Shown piece after piece: positions 57,476 through 64,000 of a DNA stretch of 64,000 bases. Under the pieces are notes generated by a model that was not told the DNA's origin, made no database searches, and saw nothing but the letters and a program-made list of their open reading frames with translations. Each line of letters begins with the position of its first letter. Within the stretch, counting starts at the first letter, position 1. The position numbers and the translations under genes are program-made. Origin of the DNA: Candidatus Aphodoplasma sp. (GTDB taxonomy: Bacteria; Bacillota; Clostridia; UBA1381; UMGS1253); NCBI GenBank assembly GCA_045592745.1, contig JAZNVH010000025.1, forward strand, positions 130,152 to 194,151, in the 5' to 3' direction.

Positions 57476-59020
57476 TTAAGCACCAAGGCTTTCCTTTTTA
57501 TTTACGCTTACCTTTTCTTCATAACATGCAAATGCACCATCTACAAACTCACTATCAGGCTTCTTTGTAAATATGCTTACCACCGGAACAATCACAAGTC
57601 CTGCAAGCATTGCAATAACACCGCAATTAATTGGTGATTGCATAATAGTCGGGAACGAGCTTCTGAAAAGCATATTCAAAACCATTATACCCGCTCCAAA
57701 GATAAAACTTGCCCACACTGATGCCTTTGTTGCTTTCTTAGAATACAAGCCATACAAGAACGGAGCAAGAAATGCACCCGCAAGTGCCCCCCATGATATG
57801 CCCATCATATCAGCAATCGCACTGAGCTTATCTTTGTTAAGTGCAATGTATGCAGATATCGCAATAAACACCACAATTAACACTCTCATAATGAGAACCT
57901 GCTTTTTCTCACTCATATCCTTAACAATATGATTTTTAATCATATCGATTGTAAGAGTCGAACTTGATGCAAGTACCAATGATGAAAGCGTTGACATTGA
58001 TGCTGAAAGCACTAAAACAATAACAACCGCAATTAAAATATCCGGCAGTCCCGAAAGCATAGTCGGAATAATCGCATCAAATCCGCCTACTATTGAGCCG
58101 TCTGCAAGAAAGCTTAGCTTGTCTGTAAAGAGTCTGCCAAAGCCTCCTAAAAAGTAACATCCGCCTGCAACCACTACTGCAAACAATGTAGAAATAACTG
58201 TACCCTTTTGGATATCCTTCTCATTTTTGATTGCATAAAATTTTTGAACCATTTGCGGAAGACCCCATGTTCCAAGTGATGTTAAAACAACCACAAATCC
58301 AAGTCCCAATGGGTCAGGGCCAAAGAACGAATTAAATGCTCCCGGTGCATTCCCTGCTACTTCAATTTGTGCAAGTCCATTAAGTGCCTCCATAAATCCA
58401 CCGTTGCTTACAAGCACAGCCGCAATTACTGCAACGATACCGATAAGCATAATAATTCCCTGGATAAAATCATTTATCGCAGTTGCCATATAGCCACCTG
58501 CAGTTACATATATACCCGTAAGTATCGCCATTATAATAACACATGTTGAATAGCTGACTCCCGGAAATGCCATCTCAAACAATCTCGAAAGACCGTTATA
58601 AAGCGAAGCTGTGTATGGGATAAGAAAAATAAACACAAGAACAGATGCCGCTATTTTAAGAGCATCGCTTTTAAATCTCTTACCAAAAAATTCAGGCATC
58701 GTTGCACTATCTAAATGCTGACTCATAAGTCTTGTTCTTCTGCCAAGAACAATCCACGCCAGCAAAGAACCGAGCACAGCATTGCCGATACCAATCCATG
58801 TAGATGCAATTCCGAATTTCCATCCGAACTGACCTGCATATCCAACAAAGATAACTGCCGAAAAATACGACGTTCCATAAGCAAACGCTGTAAGCCACGG
58901 CCCAACACTTCTGCCGCCGAGGACAAACCCGTTCACATCCGTTGCGTGCTTGCGACATAATATGCCGACAAAAATCATCACCGCAAAGAATACCACCAAC
59001 AAACCAATTTTTACTACCAT
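57476..59020 (-). CDS. Sodium:solute symporter (SSS) family transporter
   Basis: About 13 TM. 'GGRSVGPWLTAFAYGTSYFSAVIFVGYAG' is an SSS N-terminal signature. The ATG at 59020 is preferred because the track's upstream extension runs through the T-box terminator. Confidence 0.9.
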   Translation of the reverse strand: MVVKIGLLVVFFAVMIFVGILCRKHATDVNGFVLGGRSVGPWLTAFAYGTSYFSAVIFVGYAGQFGWKFGIASTWIGIGNAVLGSLLAWIVLGRRTRLMSQHLDSATMPEFFGKRFKSDALKIAASVLVFIFLIPYTASLYNGLSRLFEMAFPGVSYSTCVIIMAILTGIYVTAGGYMATAINDFIQGIIMLIGIVAVIAAVLVSNGGFMEALNGLAQIEVAGNAPGAFNSFFGPDPLGLGFVVVLTSLGTWGLPQMVQKFYAIKNEKDIQKGTVISTLFAVVVAGGCYFLGGFGRLFTDKLSFLADGSIVGGFDAIIPTMLSGLPDILIAVVIVLVLSASMSTLSSLVLASSSTLTIDMIKNHIVKDMSEKKQVLIMRVLIVVFIAISAYIALNKDKLSAIADMMGISWGALAGAFLAPFLYGLYSKKATKASVWASFIFGAGIMVLNMLFRSSFPTIMQSPINCGVIAMLAGLVIVPVVSIFTKKPDSEFVDGAFACYEEKVSVNKKESLGA

Positions 59021-59050
59021 TTTTACATCTACCCTTTCTTTTGAGGGCAT

Positions 59051-59349
59051 AAAAAACGCCCTCATAATAATATGAGGGCGAAAATCTCGCGGTACCACCT
59101 CATTTTACCGCACTCTCACGGGCGCGGCCTTTACGAGTACTGCCTTCGGGTGACAGCTATACAGCTAGGCGTATACTCTCTTGCTGTAACGGGCAATCCC
59201 GTCGCAGCCTACTGAGATAAAAATCCGTTCGGTGCGCAGCTCGCGAAATGTATTCAGATATTCCCGATTTACTGTCTCGCAGCAACCGACAGCTCTCTTA
59301 AAACCTAAAGAATACCCTACTTGTTTTCGGTCATAGCCTTTAAATGTTA
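59051..59349 (-). promoter_or_regulatory. T-box leader, specifier UAC (Tyr)
   Basis: Minus strand has a K-turn (AUGA/GA), AGUA box, AGAGAG bulge plus distal loop, specifier loop GAA-UAC-A (UAC at 59252-59250), F-box CCGUUA and T-box AAAUGAGGUGGUACCGCGAG (59105-59086). The terminator is CGCCCUCAU-auuauu-AUGAGGGCG (59080-59057) followed by UUUUUU. Confidence 0.88.
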
Positions 59350-59355
59350 CTTAAA

Positions 59356-59384
59356 ATTATATTATTTATAAGTCACTTTGTCAA
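59356..59384 (-). promoter_or_regulatory. Exact-consensus SigA promoter driving the T-box leader
   Basis: Minus strand TTGACA (59384-79), 17-nt spacer, TATAAT (59361-56). Confidence 0.7.
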
Positions 59385-59410
59385 GTTTTTTTTGGGAATT
59401 TTTTATTAAA

Positions 59411-61174
59411 TTAGTTTTCAATATAATATTTTTCGTTGTATGAATTATACATCTTATCGAAATCTTCTCCGCCCGCTTTAATCTGTTTGAGATATTCATG
59501 AGTTTCAAATGAATCATTAGCAATCTCTATAAAGCATACTGCAATGTTTGAACAGTGGTCAGAAATTCTTTCGTAGTTTGTAAGAAGGTCTGAAAGAATA
59601 AAACCAAGCTCCATTGTACAATCTCCCTGACGAAGACGCGATATGTGACCATTTTTAATTGTTCTTTTAAGTTTATCAATAACCTGTTCAAGAGGCTCTA
59701 CCATTGATGCTTTTTCAATATCTTCATTGATGAGCGCATCAAGTGAAAGACCAAGTATCTCATCAACTGCAGCTGTAATAACCTCAAGATCCGCCCTTGC
59801 GTTATCAGAGAATGTAATACCCTTATCATGAATTTCCTTTGCCGCCTCTGCAATATTTAGTGCGTGGTCAGAAATTCTCTCGATATCGCCTATGCAGTGA
59901 AGAAGTTCCGTTACAAGCTTACTGTCTTTTACAGACATTTGGTTTCCTGCAATCTTAACAAGATATGAGCTTGTTTTATCTTCGTATTTGTCGACCATTA
60001 ATTCAAGCTCTTCTATTTCTTTAAATGTAGCGCTATCATAATTTTTCATAAGCGAAATCGCTCTTTTAAACGAATCCACTGCAAGCGATGCCATATCGTG
60101 CACAAGCTCTTTACACTTTTCAACAGCGAATGCAGGCATCTCAAGGAAACGGTCATCAAGGGTAGCAAATATATCTTGTTCTTTTTCTTCCTTCTTGCTC
60201 TTCACTGTCTTGATAGCAAGCTTTTCAAAGAACGAGCAGAATGGAACAAGGATAATTGTGGAAAGTATATTAAATAAAGTGTGAACGATAGCGATTGTTG
60301 TAGGTCCTACATATACATCAGGAGCCATAATTGCAAAATTCAGGAAAGAATTGAGCAAATAGAAAACACTTGTAACAACAACTACACCAACCATTTTAAT
60401 ATACAAACATGTAAATGCAACACGCTTTGATTCAGTATTACCAGTTACAGAAGAAATTATCGGTGTGATGGTTGTACCGATATTTTGACCGAGTATTACC
60501 GGAATTGCAGTTGAATACGGAATTAAACAAGACATTGAAAGCGCCTGAAGAACGCCGACAGATGCTGACGATGACTGTATAATTGCTGTAAACAACGTAC
60601 CAACCAAAATACCGATAACAGGGTTTGAAAATGTCGTTAGCATACGCGTAAACGTAGGATTATCACGAAGACCTTCTACTGCGCCGCTCATCATATCCAT
60701 ACCAAACATAAGGATAGCAAAACCTATAAGTATAGTTGATGTATTCTTGCGTTTATCATCCTTTGCTGTCATATTCATAATAAGACCGATTGCCGCAAGA
60801 ACAGGGGTAAATGAATCAGGCTTTAAAAGCTTTAAAATAAGCGCTGTACCGCTGATATCATTTGTACTCAAAAGCCACGCGGTAACAGTAGTACCAATAT
60901 TGGCACCCATTATAACGCTTATGGTCTGTCCAAGCTTCATTATACCTGAGTTAACAAAACCAACAAGCATAACCGTCGTAGCCGAGGATGACTGTATAAT
61001 TGCTGTTACACCAAAACCAAGAAGAAGCCCCTTCCATCTGTTTGATGTAAGCTTTGCAAGTATTGATTCAAGTTTACCTCCGGCAAGCTTTTTTAGGCTG
61101 TCTCCCATAAGGTCCATGCCATAAAGAAACATCACAAGACCACCGATTAAAGCCAAAACAGTAAAAATATCCAT
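59411..61174 (-). CDS. Na/Pi cotransporter family protein with C-terminal PhoU-like repeats
   Basis: 'GANIGTT.T' duplicated NptA motifs and C-terminal 'ERI(S)DH..NIA' PhoU-like pairs. The ATG at 61174 follows AAGGAGG. Confidence 0.9.
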   Translation of the reverse strand: MDIFTVLALIGGLVMFLYGMDLMGDSLKKLAGGKLESILAKLTSNRWKGLLLGFGVTAIIQSSSATTVMLVGFVNSGIMKLGQTISVIMGANIGTTVTAWLLSTNDISGTALILKLLKPDSFTPVLAAIGLIMNMTAKDDKRKNTSTILIGFAILMFGMDMMSGAVEGLRDNPTFTRMLTTFSNPVIGILVGTLFTAIIQSSSASVGVLQALSMSCLIPYSTAIPVILGQNIGTTITPIISSVTGNTESKRVAFTCLYIKMVGVVVVTSVFYLLNSFLNFAIMAPDVYVGPTTIAIVHTLFNILSTIILVPFCSFFEKLAIKTVKSKKEEKEQDIFATLDDRFLEMPAFAVEKCKELVHDMASLAVDSFKRAISLMKNYDSATFKEIEELELMVDKYEDKTSSYLVKIAGNQMSVKDSKLVTELLHCIGDIERISDHALNIAEAAKEIHDKGITFSDNARADLEVITAAVDEILGLSLDALINEDIEKASMVEPLEQVIDKLKRTIKNGHISRLRQGDCTMELGFILSDLLTNYERISDHCSNIAVCFIEIANDSFETHEYLKQIKAGGEDFDKMYNSYNEKYYIEN

Positions 61175-61243
61175 ATTTACCTCCTTAATGTCTGTACTCA
61201 TCTTTAGTACTGTTTGAATACGTTGCGAAACATCTCCATAGTA

Positions 61244-61272
61244 ATTTTAACAATAATAACTATTTTTGTCAA
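61244..61272 (-). promoter_or_regulatory. SigA-type promoter for the Na/Pi cotransporter gene
   Basis: Minus strand TTGACA, 17-nt spacer, TAAAAT. Confidence 0.6.
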
Positions 61273-61293
61273 TAAACATAGCGAGTATTCCAA

Positions 61294-61337
61294 TAAAAAA
61301 AATGACAGTTTTTTATCCGTACAACTGCCATTTTTTA
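61294..61337 (-). terminator. Terminator after the vanZ-like gene (bidirectional shape)
   Basis: atgacagtt (61302-10) pairs with aactgccat (61323-31) at 8 of 9 positions, flanked by an A-run and a T-run. Confidence 0.6.
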
Positions 61338-61359
61338 AGGTATTATCAACAAAACCAAA

Positions 61360-61824
61360 TCAATGTTTTTCAGAATGCAACTTTCTTGTAACCCACAAAA
61401 AAACGATGGTTAAAATTAATCCAAGCAATGTTCCTGCAAAATCCACAAATACATCAGAAATCATTCCCGCCCTTCCCTCAACAAAAAGCTGTATCGTCTC
61501 ATCTGTGCACGCAGTAAACAGTCCTGCAAAAAGTATCCACGATATGTTTTTTCGCATTTTCCCTTTCGTACATTCAAAAAAACCGCAAACCAGACACGAC
61601 TGAAGTGCAAATTCAGCCAAATGAGCAGTTTTTCTTACGATATATGTGCACAAATTCAGAAGCTCATCGTATGGCATTTTTACAAATCTGCGTACAATTG
61701 AAACAAGCCATACCGACAAAAACGAACTTTCCTGCGCTGATGCGGGCGCCGGTTTTAATGAACGGCAAAATATAAACATTGTAAAAAATATGCACAACAC
61801 AAGCCATATATATTTCTTTTTCAA
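61360..61824 (-). CDS. VanZ family protein
   Basis: 'RKTAHLAEFALQ' and 'DE..Q.F..GR.....DV..D..G' VanZ motifs. TTG start after GGGGGAGAGAG. Confidence 0.85.
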   Translation of the reverse strand: MKKKYIWLVLCIFFTMFIFCRSLKPAPASAQESSFLSVWLVSIVRRFVKMPYDELLNLCTYIVRKTAHLAEFALQSCLVCGFFECTKGKMRKNISWILFAGLFTACTDETIQLFVEGRAGMISDVFVDFAGTLLGLILTIVFLWVTRKLHSEKH

Positions 61825-61889
61825 TATACTCTCTCCCCCGACTATATCTATATTAGATTATATTGATATTGTATTGCAATTTTACACTA

Positions 61890-63344
61890 TTATAAAATTA
61901 TTCTTGTGATTTCGGGGCTTTCAGCCTTTAAAACGCCGTCAATATATACTTTAAATCCCGCTCCCTTATTATATTTTTTTCCCGTTTTATCCCATAAAAC
62001 ACTCAAATAATGATTATGATATAAAATGCCGTCAACACAAAGATACTCGACATCATTTTTGTCAAATAACGGATTAATTTCAATTTTTTCATCATCTCTC
62101 GGTCTTATGCCTGCAAGCCCCATCAAAACAAGGTCACAAAAACTTGAATGATTATAATGAATGCCGCGTTTTTTGTTAAGCTCATCATAATTTTTTTCAG
62201 CCATTACCTTTTTTGCAATCCATTCTCCTGTAAAAGGGTCAAGATTTTCGTCAATCCATGGAATTTTCTGACCATCATCATTTACAATATACTGCGACTG
62301 TGCATAAAGCTTGAGAAGATTATAATAATCTCTCTTCTCCATAACATCTTGGCTGTAATTACATAAAAAATTTCCAAGTGCAGTAAGCGTCTGCGATGTT
62401 GCAAACGGCCACGAAGGTCCGTTCCAAAGGCACATATGAGGATACGCTTTCATAAAATCTTTATAATTTCTCTCTGTTGTAGTAGGGCCAAATGGTGCAT
62501 AAAAATAATTTTCATCATTCAAAAATTTCCACGCATCATTTTTATCCTCATCAGGCATATCAAAATACCACGGAATATATCCCATAAGCTCACGAACCTC
62601 AGAGCGATAATAACCATTTATGTTTTTATAAAAGCGCGCATCTTTATCCCAAAGAGATTTATCCATTTTCGCCTTCTGTTCTTTATATTCATTTTCAAAA
62701 TACGCTTTTTCATCTTCTTTGCCAAGGCTGTCAGCTATTTTACTAAGAGCAACTGCATCGCCATACTGATATGAATTTATTGTGGGTCTGCAACCGTTTC
62801 CGCTTGCAGAAAATTCCATACCATCATCAGCGTCAATCTGATATAAAAGCTTGCACCTTCTTGGCAAACGATGATTTTTTTCCCAAGCGGCATAGTTTTC
62901 TTTAAGATCTTCATATAAAGATTGTGCCAAAGAAAAATCTCCCGTTACTTTACATATAGCATAAACTGAATCTGCAAGCCATGTGCTGTAAAGTCTTGGC
63001 TCTGCCCCTTCTTTAAACCAAAAACGCGCATAATCATCAATATATTTTTTATTATGAAGCCATCTGCCCTCATACATATGATGTCCCGCCGGACAAACTA
63101 TACTACCGTAAAGCCCCTCCCAAGGAACGCTTGGTGTAAACTCAGTAACTATGTATCCTGACGGGGTATTTTTTATATGACTGCAAAAAGCATGCCAGCG
63201 ATAATAATAGATTTCTTTAATATTTTCCTGGGAAATATCCAGAAGAGGAATTCCAATATCAAAAGGTGACAATTCGCCTATGTTATATTGATTTTCATTT
63301 CTGATTTCAGACTCATTTAAAATACAATACTTTTTAGATTTCAT
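61890..63344 (-). CDS. Putative six-hairpin (alpha/alpha)6 glycoside hydrolase (GH63/MGH1-like)
   Basis: 484 aa, cytoplasmic. 'WNGPSWPFATSQ' and acidic 'IDENLDPFTGEW' resemble the GH63/trehalase-type barrel. Family assignment is tentative. Confidence 0.6.
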   Translation of the reverse strand: MKSKKYCILNESEIRNENQYNIGELSPFDIGIPLLDISQENIKEIYYYRWHAFCSHIKNTPSGYIVTEFTPSVPWEGLYGSIVCPAGHHMYEGRWLHNKKYIDDYARFWFKEGAEPRLYSTWLADSVYAICKVTGDFSLAQSLYEDLKENYAAWEKNHRLPRRCKLLYQIDADDGMEFSASGNGCRPTINSYQYGDAVALSKIADSLGKEDEKAYFENEYKEQKAKMDKSLWDKDARFYKNINGYYRSEVRELMGYIPWYFDMPDEDKNDAWKFLNDENYFYAPFGPTTTERNYKDFMKAYPHMCLWNGPSWPFATSQTLTALGNFLCNYSQDVMEKRDYYNLLKLYAQSQYIVNDDGQKIPWIDENLDPFTGEWIAKKVMAEKNYDELNKKRGIHYNHSSFCDLVLMGLAGIRPRDDEKIEINPLFDKNDVEYLCVDGILYHNHYLSVLWDKTGKKYNKGAGFKVYIDGVLKAESPEITRIIL

Positions 63345-63369
63345 CTATATATTCCTCCGGTTGTTGTTT

Positions 63370-64000
63370 TTACTTTTTTGATCTTGTAACGGCTGAGCGC
63401 ATCAACTTGAAAAAGCCGCCAGATTCACATACAATCTGATATAATCCGCCAGATGCACAGATGAAAATAAAAGCTACAAAATTAATCATATAGCAGCTTT
63501 TTATTTCCCAGAACAGCAAGAAAAACACAATACCAAATGTGCAAAGCTGCGGAAAAATTAACTCAAGCTTTCTTTTTTTGAAATTAAGAGAGAACAACAT
63601 CAATAACTGTATAGCAAGGAAAATACCCGTTGTTGCCATTGCATAATTGTAGTATTTATCCCCTGTCATTAATATATATTGATAAATATCTCGTTGTTGC
63701 AGCGGCCTGTCATCCAAAAACTCTGCTATTCCATATGTACCGTCTCCAAACACGATAGCAGGTTTACGCGCTACCAAATTCAGCAATTTTTCTGCACCTT
63801 GATACTCTACTGAAAAACAAAAAGCCTCTTTGAGAAATTCTGACTTTGCCTCTTTGCCTTCGATTCTATAAGATGCCCAAAATATATCATTATTATATTT
63901 GCCGTCTCCAAGTGTAGCCAAATTTAACCAATACCAAATTGGTTGATTCATTTTTTCGGCCTTTGCCTCATCAAGATGTACTGTATACATATATCTGTCA
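63370..64000 (-). CDS. Membrane protein, C-terminal part (5' end beyond the window)
   Basis: The frame stays open to nt 64000. A soluble segment is followed by 3 C-terminal TM helices. Possibly the tail of a large polytopic (glycosyltransferase-like) protein. Not assignable. Confidence 0.45.
   Translation of the reverse strand, partial: DRYMYTVHLDEAKAEKMNQPIWYWLNLATLGDGKYNNDIFWASYRIEGKEAKSEFLKEAFCFSVEYQGAEKLLNLVARKPAIVFGDGTYGIAEFLDDRPLQQRDIYQYILMTGDKYYNYAMATTGIFLAIQLLMLFSLNFKKRKLELIFPQLCTFGIVFFLLFWEIKSCYMINFVAFIFICASGGLYQIVCESGGFFKLMRSAVTRSKK

Noticed and set aside
59221-59232. An alternative T-box specifier reading, 'GAA-CGG-A' (Arg), in the minus-strand RNA.
   Set aside because: In the stem I fold this triplet lies 3' of the K-turn and base helix, outside the specifier loop. 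GAA-UAC-A sits opposite the AGUA box between two helices, as required.
1-64000. A window-wide scan for CRISPR repeats, tRNA/rRNA genes, IS elements, integrases, phage genes, toxin-antitoxin pairs or known defence-system genes.
   Set aside because: I noticed no regularly spaced direct repeats, cloverleaf-capable intergenic segments, terminal inverted repeats or diagnostic protein motifs. All intergenic gaps over 100 nt are accounted for by promoters, terminators or the two riboswitches. A by-eye scan cannot exclude short or degenerate repeats.

Overview
This is a densely coding chromosomal segment from a low-GC, endospore-forming Firmicute. The gene order is Clostridia-like and an alpha/beta-type SASP is present. 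About 50 protein genes can be called, and nearly all are recognisable housekeeping functions: leuS 3' end; recG-yloV-asp23; rmuC; gpsA-plsY-der-DUF512; pyrE; nadE-pcrA-pncB; tig-clpP-clpX-lon-engB; hisS-aspS; ispA-xseB-xseA-nusB; rpiB-tsaB-tsaE; fhs. I found no rRNA or tRNA genes, no CRISPR array, no transposase or integrase, and no recognisable defence genes. Two cis-regulatory RNAs can be read directly from the minus strand. The first is a T-box leader whose specifier folds out as UAC (Tyr). It sits in front of a sodium:solute symporter, an acyl-CoA ligase and iorA-iorB. The second is a tandem glycine riboswitch in front of an alanine/glycine:cation symporter. Three things seem most worth a second look. 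(1) The Tyr-T-box operon reads as an arylacetate uptake, CoA activation and reductive carboxylation route to tyrosine. (2) A seven-gene, terminator-bounded plus-strand operon (43.0-51.5 kb) contains five oxidoreductases, a NagB-like enzyme and a creatininase-family hydrolase, with no kinase, transporter or regulator. (3) Inside that operon is an 858-aa protein with the dihydropyrimidine-dehydrogenase domain set in a permuted order. Smaller observations are a kdgK 5' remnant, an orphan plus-strand terminator suggesting an sRNA, and a yloV gene whose conserved N-terminus lies upstream of any canonical start codon. All calls come from reading the supplied translations and the sequence by eye. No database search or folding program was run.
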